Positions 19,940 to 31,544 of a DNA stretch of 64,000 nucleotides are shown here, one piece after another. The translations under genes and the position numbers were made by a program. The notes under the pieces are model-generated. The model was not told where the DNA came from, did no database searches, and worked only from the letters and a program-made list of their open reading frames with translations. The stretch comes from Vicinamibacteria bacterium (GTDB taxonomy: Bacteria; Acidobacteriota; Vicinamibacteria; Marinacidobacterales; Marinacidobacteraceae): NCBI GenBank assembly GCA_965199715.1, contig CBDATA010000001.1, positions 96,001 to 160,000 on the forward strand, read 5' to 3'. Within the stretch, counting starts at the first letter, position 1, and each line of letters begins with the position of its first letter.

Positions 19940-19942
19940 GGG

Positions 19943-21040
19943 ATGGGAGTAACCACAATGACCCGCTCTTTCAGGCTCTTGCCGCTGGCGCTCGGGCTGG
20001 CCGTCTTCACGACCGGCTGCGGCGTCGGCGGTTTCTTCAACGAGCTTTCCGCGCTCCGGGCGTTCCAGCGGGCGAACCTCGCCTACCAGAACCAGGAGTA
20101 CGAGGAGGCCCTCGCCGAGTACAACGCGGCGATGCCGAACGCGCCGATGGACGACCCGATCGTCCAGACGACGCTCCGCTTCTTCTCCGCGAGCTCCAAC
20201 CACCTCCTCTACAACCCGGGGGCCGTGGACGACCCCGAGAACGAGTCGCGGATCGCGACCGCCCGGCAGTTGTACGAGGAGACGCTCGACGTCGTCCGGG
20301 AAGCGAGCAACGACCCGAGCCTCGACGACGAGCAGCGCGAGCTGATCGCCACCTTCGAGCGCTACTCCTCGGAGCAGCTCGCGGCGATCCACCGGGACGT
20401 GCTTCGGGATCTCGGGGAGGCCGAGAAGTACTTCAATCGGCTGATCGAGCTCGATCCGAACGAACCCGGGCGCTACTACGCGCTGGCCGATCTCTATGAG
20501 CGGTTCCACGACGAGGAAGAGAACCCGCTGATCGACAAGGTGGTCGCCGCCTACGAGAAGCCGGTGGAGATGAACCCGCAGGATCCGATCGGCTACCGGC
20601 AGGTCGCCAACCTCCTCAACAAGTACGGTCGTTTCGACGAGACGATGGAATGGCTCGGCAGGGCGCGGGACGTCAATCCCGACAACCCCGAGGGCTACTA
20701 CCTGATCTCGACGTACTACTGGGACAAGGTGTACCGGGACCCGGACCTGACCTCGGGCCAGCGCTCCGACTACATCGACCTCGGAATCGAGCAGCTCGAC
20801 GTGGCGCTCGAGATCAACGCCGACTACGTGGACGCGCTCGTGTACAAGAACCTGCTCCTTCGCGAAAAGGCCAAGACCGATCCGCGCAACGCCAACGCGT
20901 ACATCGCCGAGGCGGACACCTACCGCGCCCGCGCGCTCGAGCTGCGCGAGGCCCAGCAGGAAGCCCAGCGAGCGGCGGCGGCGGCAGCGGCCGAAGCCGC
21001 AGCCAGCGGAGCCGCCACCGCGGCGGAGGAGCCCCAATAG
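19943..21040 (+). CDS. TPR-repeat lipoprotein
   Basis: Lipobox FTTG-C; multiple TPRs; YVDALVYKNLLLRE C-terminal motif. Confidence 0.8.
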   Translation: MGVTTMTRSFRLLPLALGLAVFTTGCGVGGFFNELSALRAFQRANLAYQNQEYEEALAEYNAAMPNAPMDDPIVQTTLRFFSASSNHLLYNPGAVDDPENESRIATARQLYEETLDVVREASNDPSLDDEQRELIATFERYSSEQLAAIHRDVLRDLGEAEKYFNRLIELDPNEPGRYYALADLYERFHDEEENPLIDKVVAAYEKPVEMNPQDPIGYRQVANLLNKYGRFDETMEWLGRARDVNPDNPEGYYLISTYYWDKVYRDPDLTSGQRSDYIDLGIEQLDVALEINADYVDALVYKNLLLREKAKTDPRNANAYIAEADTYRARALELREAQQEAQRAAAAAAAEAAASGAATAAEEPQ

Positions 21041-21060
21041 GGAGCTCCGCCTTCTTTCAG

Positions 21061-21099
21061 CGCCGGCCGCGTCCTCGGATGCGGCCGGCGTTTTCGTTT
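21061..21099 (+). terminator. Rho-independent terminator
   Basis: CGCCGGCCGC..GCGGCCGGCG stem followed by TTTTCGTTT. Confidence 0.8.
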
Positions 21100-21170
21100 A
21101 GGCGACCCCCGACCGCCGGCTCCCCCCTAGAATCCGGGAAACGGCCCCGGCGGGGTCGGGACGGCGACGC

Positions 21171-23330
21171 ATGATCCGGTTCGAGACCATCTCCGAGAAG
21201 GTTCGCGAGTACCAGCCGGACGCCGACTTCGACTTCCTCCGCCGCGCCTACGTGGTAGCGGCGCAGGCGCACGGAGGCCAGACCCGGCGCAGCGGCGAGC
21301 CGTACCTCACCCACCCGCTCGAGGTCTCGGCGATCCTCGCCGACCTGCGGCTCGACGTGGTCACGGTCGCGTGCGGGCTGCTCCACGACGTCGTCGAGGA
21401 CACCGAGGTCACCGCCGCCGATCTGGAGCGTCGCTTCGGGCGCGACGTTCGCCAGATCATCGAGGGGCTCACCAAGCTGAGCAAGGTCGAGTTCGCCACG
21501 GCCGAGGCGAATCAGGCGGAAAACGTCCGGAAGATGGTCGTGGCGATGACCGACGACCTCCGGGTCATCCTCATCAAGCTGGCCGACCGCCTGCACAACA
21601 TGCGAACGCTCGGCCACCTGCGGGAGGAAAAACGTCGCCGGATCGCGACCGAGACCCTCGAGGTGTACGCGCCGCTCGCCGGACGCCTCGGGATGGGCCT
21701 CATTGAGGCCGAGCTGCAGAACCTCGCGCTGCGGTTCCTCGAACCCCAGACCTACGAGGTGCTGCGCGGGCGGGTCCAATCCAAGTCGCGGTGGGCCAAC
21801 GACTTCATCCGCCACATCACGAAGAGCCTCCAGCGCCGGATGCGGTCCGAGAACATCCCCGGCGAGATCTCCGGGCGCACCAAGAGCATCTACTCGATCT
21901 ACCAGAAGATGAAGCGGCAGGAGATCGAGCTGGATCAGATGTACGACTTCATCGCGCTGCGGGTGGTGACCGACACGGTCGCCCACTGCTACGCGACGCT
22001 CGGCGTGATCCACAACCTGTGGACTCCGATCCCCGGGCGCATCAAGGACTTCATCGCCAATCCCCGGCCCAATGCGTACCGGTCGCTCCACACCAGCCTG
22101 CTGACCGAATCGGGAACCCATTTCGAGGTCCAGATTCGCACGAGCGAGATGCACCGGGTGGCCGAAGACGGGATCGCCGCGCACTGGGGCTACAAGTCCT
22201 CGGCCCCCCAGGGCGAGGCGGAGGTCAAGAACTTCGCCTGGCTGCGCCAGGTGCTCGAATGGCAGAAGGAGGTCGAGGATCCCCACGAGTTCCTGAGCAG
22301 CCTCAAGATCGACCTCTATCCCGAGGAGGTCCACTGCTACACCCCCAAGGGGGAAATCAAGACCCTGCCCCGAGGCGCCACGCCCATCGACTTCGCCTAC
22401 GCCGTCCACACCGAGGTCGGCCACGAGTGCCAGAGCGCGCGCGTGAACGGCGCCATGGTGAACCTCGACTATCGGCTGCGCAACGGGGACATCTGCGAGA
22501 TCCTGACCCGCAAGAAGGGCCAACCGAGCGCGAAGTGGCTCGAGATCGCTCGCACGAACCGCGCCAAACGGCACATCCAGGCGCGGCTCAAGACCGAGGG
22601 GCGGCGGGAAAGCACGGCGCTCGGGAGGAAGCTGCTCGAGAAGGAGGCCGCGCGCTACGACCTCAGCCTTCGGCGGGTCCGATCGGCGGACGGGCTCTCC
22701 GACGTGCTGAGCCAGTACGGGTGCTCCGAGGTGAACGACCTGTTCGCGGCCATCGGCTACGGCCGGGTGCCGGCGGCGCGGGTGCTCGCCGCCTGCTTCC
22801 CGAAGCAGGAGCTCGGCGGCGGCGGAGCCGGGTTCTCGGCGGCCGTGCGTCGCATGATCGGCAGGGAGCCGGGACAGATCCAGGTAAGCGGGGTCGAAGA
22901 CGCCCTGGTGCGCCGCGCCGAATGCTGCTCGCCGCTCCCCGGGGAGGCGGTCACCGGGTACATCACCGAGGGCGCCGGCGTCGCGGTCCACGCCGTGCGC
23001 TGCCACCGGCTCGCGGACCTCGTGCAGGACCCCAACCGCCGGGTGGAAGTCACCTGGAAGCGCGCCGCCGGCGTCCGCCACGACACCGACTTCGTGGTCA
23101 AGGTCGAGAACCGCAAGGGGATCCTCGCGGACATCACGCGAGTCATCGCCGAGACGGACACCGACATCCGCACGGTGCGGGCGTTCGCCGACGACGACCG
23201 CCAGGGGACGATCCGGGTGGCCGTGGCCGTCGAGAGCGTGGCCGAGGCCAACCGGATCGAGAGCACGCTGCGGGCCGTGACCGGCGTGATCGAGGTGCGC
23301 CGGGGCAGCCCCGAGCCCGTCCCCGTCTGA
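21171..23330 (+). CDS. rel: Bifunctional (p)ppGpp synthetase/hydrolase (long RSH)
   Basis: Intact HD (LHDVVED), RxKD, YRSLHT, EVQIRT, TGS (TPIDFAY), CC and ACT domains. Confidence 0.95.
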   Translation: MIRFETISEKVREYQPDADFDFLRRAYVVAAQAHGGQTRRSGEPYLTHPLEVSAILADLRLDVVTVACGLLHDVVEDTEVTAADLERRFGRDVRQIIEGLTKLSKVEFATAEANQAENVRKMVVAMTDDLRVILIKLADRLHNMRTLGHLREEKRRRIATETLEVYAPLAGRLGMGLIEAELQNLALRFLEPQTYEVLRGRVQSKSRWANDFIRHITKSLQRRMRSENIPGEISGRTKSIYSIYQKMKRQEIELDQMYDFIALRVVTDTVAHCYATLGVIHNLWTPIPGRIKDFIANPRPNAYRSLHTSLLTESGTHFEVQIRTSEMHRVAEDGIAAHWGYKSSAPQGEAEVKNFAWLRQVLEWQKEVEDPHEFLSSLKIDLYPEEVHCYTPKGEIKTLPRGATPIDFAYAVHTEVGHECQSARVNGAMVNLDYRLRNGDICEILTRKKGQPSAKWLEIARTNRAKRHIQARLKTEGRRESTALGRKLLEKEAARYDLSLRRVRSADGLSDVLSQYGCSEVNDLFAAIGYGRVPAARVLAACFPKQELGGGGAGFSAAVRRMIGREPGQIQVSGVEDALVRRAECCSPLPGEAVTGYITEGAGVAVHAVRCHRLADLVQDPNRRVEVTWKRAAGVRHDTDFVVKVENRKGILADITRVIAETDTDIRTVRAFADDDRQGTIRVAVAVESVAEANRIESTLRAVTGVIEVRRGSPEPVPV

Positions 23331-23342
23331 GCGGGGTCTCGC

Positions 23343-24758
23343 TCAGGCCGCTCCGGCCTCCTTCGTCCGGGCGAGCCGCCGGAGCAGGTGGTGGCTGTAG
23401 ATGCCGGTGTCGTGACCGTCGTTCCACTGGATCCGCGTGCCGTAGTTCCCGACCGGGATGAGCTGCCTCGGAGCGAAGGTGGAAGGCAGGAGAAGCGTGA
23501 GCGAACGGCGCTCGCCGCTCCACTCGTCCACGCAGGTCGCGCAGGGGCAGTTGTTGCGCAGGTACTCGAATCCGAGCCGGTCCACCGCGCCGTCGCGCCA
23601 TCGCACTTCCACCGCGCCGTCCCGGGCGGTCACCGACTCCGGCTGGCCGTCGTCGCCGCCCTCGTGGAGGCGGGCCACCTCGAGCGACACCCGGCGCGCG
23701 AGGCGGCGCCACGCGTCCGCCGCCGGGCTCTCGGGATCCCGGATCACCGTGGGCCGGCCCTCGTCGCCCGCGGCGACGACCCGCGGATCGAGCGGCACGT
23801 CGCCGAGGAACGGGATGCCCAGATCGCCGGCGATCTCGGCGCCGCCGCCCGAGGCGAAGATCTCGGTCGTCTCCCCGCAGTGCGGACAGCGGAAGCCGCT
23901 CATGTTCTCGATGATCCCCAGCACCGGCACCTGCACCGGCTGGAACATGCGCAGCCCCTTCTCGGCGATCGTGCGGGCGACCGCCTGGGGCGTCGTGACG
24001 ATGACCGCCCCGGCGAGCGCCGCCGTCTGGGCGATGGTCAACTGCACGTCGCCGGTGCCCGGGGGGAGGTCCACGAGCAGGTAGTCCAGCTCGCCCCAGA
24101 CGACCCCGCTGAAGAACTGCTGGACCAGGCGCGAGGCCATCGGCCCCCGCCAGATGACCGGGGTCTCGCGCGACGAGAGCATCCCCATCGAGATGAAGCG
24201 GACGCCGTGGGCCGCGCGCGGCAGCAGACGCCGCCGGTCGTCGGTCTCGGGTTGGGCGTCCACGCCAAGCATCGTCGTCTGGGAAGGCCCGTACACGTCG
24301 GCGTCGAGGAGCCCGACCCGCGCGCCTTCGGCGGCGAGCGCCACCGCGAGGTTCGCGGAAACCGTGCTCTTGCCCACGCCGCCCTTTCCGGACGCGATCG
24401 CGACCACGTTCCTGACGCCGGGCGGTTTCGTGGGGGCCGGAGGCGGCCCGCCCCGGGCCGGTCCGGGCTTCGGCGGCGCCGCCGGCGCCGGCTTGCCGGA
24501 ATCGCGCACCCGCTGATCCAGCTTGACCTCCACGATCTCGAGCCCGGGCAGCCGCCGGAGCGCGTCCCCGGCCGCCTTGCGGATCGACTCCCCAGCCGCG
24601 CTCCCCACGTTCGGGAGCACGACGGTCACGGCGACCGCCGGCGCGCACACCCGAATGTCCGCCACCTGACCCAGCGACACGATGTCCCGGTCCTCGAATT
24701 CGGGGTTGGACACTCCGGAGAGCGCCTCCAAAACCTCGGTTTGGGTGATGCTCGGCAT
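23343..24758 (-). CDS. Mrp/ApbC Fe-S carrier ATPase with N-terminal DUF59 and C-terminal DUF971
   Basis: SGKGGVGKST, DADVYGPS, DLPPGTGD, ENMS..CPHC; C-terminal CPCATC...VGNY...WNDGHDTGIY. Confidence 0.9.
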   Translation of the reverse strand: MPSITQTEVLEALSGVSNPEFEDRDIVSLGQVADIRVCAPAVAVTVVLPNVGSAAGESIRKAAGDALRRLPGLEIVEVKLDQRVRDSGKPAPAAPPKPGPARGGPPPAPTKPPGVRNVVAIASGKGGVGKSTVSANLAVALAAEGARVGLLDADVYGPSQTTMLGVDAQPETDDRRRLLPRAAHGVRFISMGMLSSRETPVIWRGPMASRLVQQFFSGVVWGELDYLLVDLPPGTGDVQLTIAQTAALAGAVIVTTPQAVARTIAEKGLRMFQPVQVPVLGIIENMSGFRCPHCGETTEIFASGGGAEIAGDLGIPFLGDVPLDPRVVAAGDEGRPTVIRDPESPAADAWRRLARRVSLEVARLHEGGDDGQPESVTARDGAVEVRWRDGAVDRLGFEYLRNNCPCATCVDEWSGERRSLTLLLPSTFAPRQLIPVGNYGTRIQWNDGHDTGIYSHHLLRRLARTKEAGAA

Positions 24759-24875
24759 CAGAACCTCCCGCGTGTGGACCGTCCGCCGGGCGCGGCGGCT
24801 CCGTAAACTTCGACGACCGGTGCGGCGGGAAGCGTATCTTCCCGGCGCTGCGATCCGGGAAACGAGGAAACCCTG

Positions 24876-27140
24876 ATGTCGACGAGGCGCGTCGCCCCGT
24901 GGTTCGCGCTCGCGCTGCTGTCCGGCCCCGCGGCGCCCGCCCAGGAACAGGAGGCGCAGGAGGAAGAGGAGTCGGTCCCCAACTTCGCCGAGACGCTCGT
25001 GGTGACGGCGTCGCGCGCCGAAGCGGAAATCATCAACGTCCCGGCGCCGGTGGCCGTCGTGGATCTCGACGAGATCGAAACGCAGGGGTCCTCCAATTTC
25101 GCCGACCTGGTTCGCCAGACTCCCGGCGCCAACGTCATCCAGACCTCGAACCGCGACTTCTCGGTGACGACCCGGGGCGCCACCGAGACGCTCGCGACGT
25201 CCCAGCTGGTGCTGGTCGATGGGCGCTCGGTCTATCAGGACTTCTTCGGCTTCGTCGCCTGGGACCTGATCTCCACCCAGATGGACGACCTCGAGCAGGT
25301 CGAGGTCGTGCGCGGCCCGACGTCCGCCGTGTGGGGCGCGAACGCCATGAGCGGCGTCGTCAACCTCATCACGAAGAAGCCGCGCGACCAGGAGGGCACC
25401 AGCCTCGACGTCCGCTACGGGTTCTTCGACCGCACGGCTCCGGGCAACGACCTGGATCCGGGCAGCACGTATTCGGTGACCGCGACGCACGCGCAGGCGC
25501 CGACCGACGAGCTGGCGTGGCGGCTCTCGCTCGGACACTCGCATTCGGACGGGTTCGCCCGCCCCGCCGGAGAGATCCCGAACGGGTCCGGCGCGCGCTG
25601 GCCCGAGTACGGGACGATCCAGTCGCGAAACCCGAAGGCCGACTTCCGGCTCGACTGGGACGCGCCGGACGGCGGCTCGGGACTGATCGCCAGCGCCGGA
25701 TACTCGGGTTCCGAGGGAGTCCTGCATTCCGGGGTCGGGCCGTTCCGGATGAAGCCGGGCACCCGCATGGCCTACGGACGGCTGCAATACCTGCGCGGAT
25801 CCATGGAGATCGGGGCGTTCCTGAACTCGACCGACGGGGCCGCCGACACCCTCGTGGTGCGCGACGTCAGGGGCGACCCGCTGGAGTCGATCCTCCAGTC
25901 GAACACGTGGGACATGAGCTTCAAGGATCAGCGCCTCCTCGGCGGCAAGCACCTCGTCACCTACGGCGGCAACGCCCGGCTGATCACGTGGAAGTACGAC
26001 CTCGCCGACGCGAATCCGAACCGCAACGAGATCGGGGCGTACGTCAACGACGAGTTCTTCATCAACGACCGGCTGCGCTGGGTGATCGGCGCCCGCGCCG
26101 ACCGGATCAGCGCCCTCGATTCGGTCGTGGTCTCGCCGAGGACCACGCTCATCTTCAAGCCGACCCCGCGCCACTCGATCCGGGCGTCGTACAACCGCGC
26201 CTTTCGGGCGCCGTCGCTCACGAACCACTACCTGCGGATGCCGCTCATCACCCCGTTGGAGCTCGATCTTCGTCCCGCGTTCCGCGCCTTCCTGCCGGCC
26301 GGCGCGGTCCCCGACGAAGCGCTACCGAAGCCGGTGCGCTACGCGCTCCCGAGCCTCGTCGCCGGCAACCCCGCCCTGTTCCAGGAGAACCGCACGGCTT
26401 GGGAGGTCGGCTGGACCGGGGCGCTCGGCGACCGGGTGACCGGCTCGGTCTCGGCGTACGTCAACGAGACCGACGACAACATCGACGGGACCGACACCGA
26501 GTTCTACGGCGCCGGGAATCCGCCGCCGGGCTGGAACGAGGCCTTCTCCGAGGTCCAGCAGTTCGTGGCCGGCCTCGACGCCGCCGCGCCGGGCCTCCTT
26601 CCGCCCGAGATCGCGATCCTCGGCGAGAACCCCGCCTACCTGATCCCCCTGTTCGAGGCGCTCGCCAGCGTGGAGCTTCCCTCGCTCGTCACCTACGTGA
26701 ACCGGGAGTACAGCCGCGACTCGGGGTTCGAGGTCGCGCTGCGCGCCTCGCTCACCCAGGACGTGAGCGCCAACGTGAACTACTCGTGGCAGCGCGAACC
26801 CGTCTTCCGGGGCTTCTCCGCCGACGACGTCAGCGAGATTCCGGCGCCGCCGACACACCGCCTCAACGTGGGCCTCAACGGGACGTTCGGCGTCATCCGG
26901 GCGGGGGTCACCGCCAACTACAGCGACGGCGCGTACTGGACCGACGTGCTCACCGCCCGGTTCCACGGGTGGACCGAGGCCTTCACGATGGTCAACGCCA
27001 CCGTCTCGGCCGAGCTCCAGGAGGGTCGGATCAAGCCCTCGCTGCGCGTCACGAACCTGCTCAACCAGGAAATCCAGCAGCACTTCTTCGGCGATTACCT
27101 GAAGCGGCAGGTCAGCCTCGGGATCCGCTTCGCGTTCTGA
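24876..27140 (+). CDS. TonB-dependent receptor
   Basis: Signal peptide, ETLVVTA TonB box, LVLVDG, VEVVRGPxSAVWG..AMSGVVNLITK, C-terminal F. Confidence 0.95.
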   Translation: MSTRRVAPWFALALLSGPAAPAQEQEAQEEEESVPNFAETLVVTASRAEAEIINVPAPVAVVDLDEIETQGSSNFADLVRQTPGANVIQTSNRDFSVTTRGATETLATSQLVLVDGRSVYQDFFGFVAWDLISTQMDDLEQVEVVRGPTSAVWGANAMSGVVNLITKKPRDQEGTSLDVRYGFFDRTAPGNDLDPGSTYSVTATHAQAPTDELAWRLSLGHSHSDGFARPAGEIPNGSGARWPEYGTIQSRNPKADFRLDWDAPDGGSGLIASAGYSGSEGVLHSGVGPFRMKPGTRMAYGRLQYLRGSMEIGAFLNSTDGAADTLVVRDVRGDPLESILQSNTWDMSFKDQRLLGGKHLVTYGGNARLITWKYDLADANPNRNEIGAYVNDEFFINDRLRWVIGARADRISALDSVVVSPRTTLIFKPTPRHSIRASYNRAFRAPSLTNHYLRMPLITPLELDLRPAFRAFLPAGAVPDEALPKPVRYALPSLVAGNPALFQENRTAWEVGWTGALGDRVTGSVSAYVNETDDNIDGTDTEFYGAGNPPPGWNEAFSEVQQFVAGLDAAAPGLLPPEIAILGENPAYLIPLFEALASVELPSLVTYVNREYSRDSGFEVALRASLTQDVSANVNYSWQREPVFRGFSADDVSEIPAPPTHRLNVGLNGTFGVIRAGVTANYSDGAYWTDVLTARFHGWTEAFTMVNATVSAELQEGRIKPSLRVTNLLNQEIQQHFFGDYLKRQVSLGIRFAF

Positions 27141-28043
27141 GGCCGGGCGGCTCCATTCCGCTATATTCACCGCCGAACGCGGCAGCGGGAAGCGAGGAAG
27201 ATCATGTCCGGAGAACTCGGGAATCGACTGAGGACGCGATGGCTCGCGCTGGTCCTGCTTCCGGGGCTGGCGGCGGCCGCCCAGGCCCAGGAACCGGAGG
27301 AGCAGCCGCCGCCCGCCGAGGCGGAAGAAGAGGAGGAGTCCGGGCCGGCCCCGCACTTCGCCGAGACGCTGGTCGTGACCGCGTCTCGGGCCGAGGTCGA
27401 GATCATCAACGTCCCGGCGCCCGTGGCCGTCGTGGACCTTGACCAGATCGAGACCCAAGCTTCCTCCAATTTCGCCGACCTGGTTCGCCAGACTCCCGGC
27501 GCCAACGTCATCCAGACCTCGAACCGCGACTTCTCGGTGACGACCCGGGGACGCACCGGCACGCTGGCCACCTCGCAGCTGGTGCTGGTCGATGGGCGCT
27601 CGGTCTATCAGGACTTCTTCGGCTTCGTCGCCTGGGACCTGATCTCCACCCAGATGGACGACCTCGAGCAGGTCGAGGTCGTGCGCGGCCCGGCGTCCGC
27701 CGTGTGGGGCGCGAACGCCATGAGCGGCGTCGTCAACCTCATCACGAAGAAGCCGCGCGACCAGGAGGGCACCAGCCTCGACGTCCGCTACGGGTTCTTC
27801 GACCGCACGGCTCCGGGCAATGACCTGGATCCGGGCAGCACGTATTCGGTGACCGCGACGCACGCGCAGGCGCCGACCGACGAGCTGGCGTGGCGGCTCT
27901 CGCTCGGACACTCGCATTCGGACGGGTTCGCCCGCCCCGCCGGAGAGATCCCGAACGGGTCCGGCGCGCGCTGGCCCGAGTACGGGACGATCCAGTCGCG
28001 AAACCCGAAGGCCGACTTCCGGCTCGACTGGGACGCGCCGGAC
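25203..28043 (+). repeat. Near-identical block shared by the two receptors (25203-25670 and 27576-28043)
   Basis: Side-by-side reading at offset 2373 shows only about 2 differences over ~470 bp; a shorter identical run lies just upstream. Confidence 0.8.
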
Positions 28044-29513
28044 CGCCGGTCGGGCTTCATCGCGTCGGGCGGATACTCCACGACTGAGGGAATCCTGCAC
28101 AGCGGCGTGGGGCCGTTCCACCTCCAGCCGGGGACCGCCATGAGCTACGGGCGTGTCCAGTACACCCGCGACTCCATGGAGATCGGCGCGTTCATGAACC
28201 GGACGGACGGCGAATTCAAGACGACCGTCACCCGGGATCCCATGGGCGCCATCCTTGACGGAACCCTCGTGTCCAACACGTGGGACCTGAGCTTCAAGGA
28301 CCAGCGTTTCCTCGGCGGCAAGCACCTCGTGACCTACGGCGGGAACTTCCGCTTCGTCAACTGGGATCTCACGCTGGCCGACGACAACCCGACCCGCAAC
28401 GAGCTCGGGGTGTACGTCAACGACGAGTTCTTCATCAACGACCGGCTGCGCTGGGTGGTCGGCGCCCGCGCCGACCGGATCAGCGTCCTCGATTCGGTCG
28501 TGCTCTCGCCGAGAACCACGCTCATCTTCAAGCCGACCCCGCTCCACTCGATCCGGGCTTCCTACAACCGGGCGTTCCGGGCGCCGTCGCTCGCGAACAA
28601 CCACCTGCGGATTCCGATCGGCTCTCCGGCCGTGTTCGACCTGCGGGGCGCGTTCCGCTCGTTCTTCCCGACGCTGAACGTCCCCGACTCGGCGCTTCCG
28701 GCGCCGGTGAACTTCACGCTCCCGCTGTTCGCGGCCGGCAACACGGCTCTCGGCCAGGAAAACCGGACGGCGTGGGAGGTCGGCTGGACCGGCGCGCTCG
28801 GCAACCGGATGACCGGCTCGTTCACGGCGTACGTCAACGAGACCGACGACAACATCGACTTCACCGACACCGCGTTCTACGGCGCCGAAAACGCGCCCGA
28901 GGGATGGAACGAGGCCTTCGCCGAGGTCTCCCAGTTCGTCGCCGCGCTCGACGCCGCCGCGCCGGGCCTCATTCCGCCCAGCGTCGCGGCCATCGGCCAG
29001 GACGCCGCCTACCTCATCCCGCTGCTCGAGGCGCTGGCCGACGTGCAGCTTCCCTCCACGCTCTCCTACGTGAACCGCGAGTACATCCGGGATTCGGGCT
29101 TCGAGGTCGGCCTGCGCGCCGAGCTCACGCGCAACGTCAGCGCCAACGTGAACTACTCATGGCAGGCCGAGCCCTCCTTCCGCGGCTTCTCCGCCGACGA
29201 CATCGAGGAGATCCCGGCGCCGCCCACGCACCGGTTCAATGTCGGGATCAACGGCACGTTCGGCGCGGTGCAGGCGGGCGTGACCGCGAACTACAGCGAC
29301 GGGGCGCTATGGACCGACGTGCTGACCTCCGAGTACCACGGCTGGACCGACGCGTACACCATGGTCAATGCAACCATCTCGGCCGAGCTCCAGGAGGGAC
29401 GGATCAAGCCCTCGATCCGCGTCATCAACCTGCTCAACCAGGACATCCAGCAGCACTTCTTCGGCGACTACCTGAAGCGCCAGGTGAACGTCGGCGTCCG
29501 GTTCGGGTTCTGA
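27204..29513 (+). CDS. TonB-dependent receptor (tandem paralog)
   Basis: Same motifs as 24876-27140; C-terminal VRFGF. Confidence 0.95.
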   Translation: MSGELGNRLRTRWLALVLLPGLAAAAQAQEPEEQPPPAEAEEEEESGPAPHFAETLVVTASRAEVEIINVPAPVAVVDLDQIETQASSNFADLVRQTPGANVIQTSNRDFSVTTRGRTGTLATSQLVLVDGRSVYQDFFGFVAWDLISTQMDDLEQVEVVRGPASAVWGANAMSGVVNLITKKPRDQEGTSLDVRYGFFDRTAPGNDLDPGSTYSVTATHAQAPTDELAWRLSLGHSHSDGFARPAGEIPNGSGARWPEYGTIQSRNPKADFRLDWDAPDRRSGFIASGGYSTTEGILHSGVGPFHLQPGTAMSYGRVQYTRDSMEIGAFMNRTDGEFKTTVTRDPMGAILDGTLVSNTWDLSFKDQRFLGGKHLVTYGGNFRFVNWDLTLADDNPTRNELGVYVNDEFFINDRLRWVVGARADRISVLDSVVLSPRTTLIFKPTPLHSIRASYNRAFRAPSLANNHLRIPIGSPAVFDLRGAFRSFFPTLNVPDSALPAPVNFTLPLFAAGNTALGQENRTAWEVGWTGALGNRMTGSFTAYVNETDDNIDFTDTAFYGAENAPEGWNEAFAEVSQFVAALDAAAPGLIPPSVAAIGQDAAYLIPLLEALADVQLPSTLSYVNREYIRDSGFEVGLRAELTRNVSANVNYSWQAEPSFRGFSADDIEEIPAPPTHRFNVGINGTFGAVQAGVTANYSDGALWTDVLTSEYHGWTDAYTMVNATISAELQEGRIKPSIRVINLLNQDIQQHFFGDYLKRQVNVGVRFGF

Positions 29514-29522
29514 GGCGGGGCC

Positions 29523-31496
<1,974 letters not shown>

Positions 31497-31544
31497 GCCC
31501 CGGGACCTCCTCCCGCTCCCGACCGCGTCGGGAAGGCGCAGCGG

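Noticed and set aside
16551-21040. Tol-Pal or Agl-Glt gliding motor assignment
   Set aside because: No tolB/pal or other glt genes in the window; cannot be assigned without phylogeny
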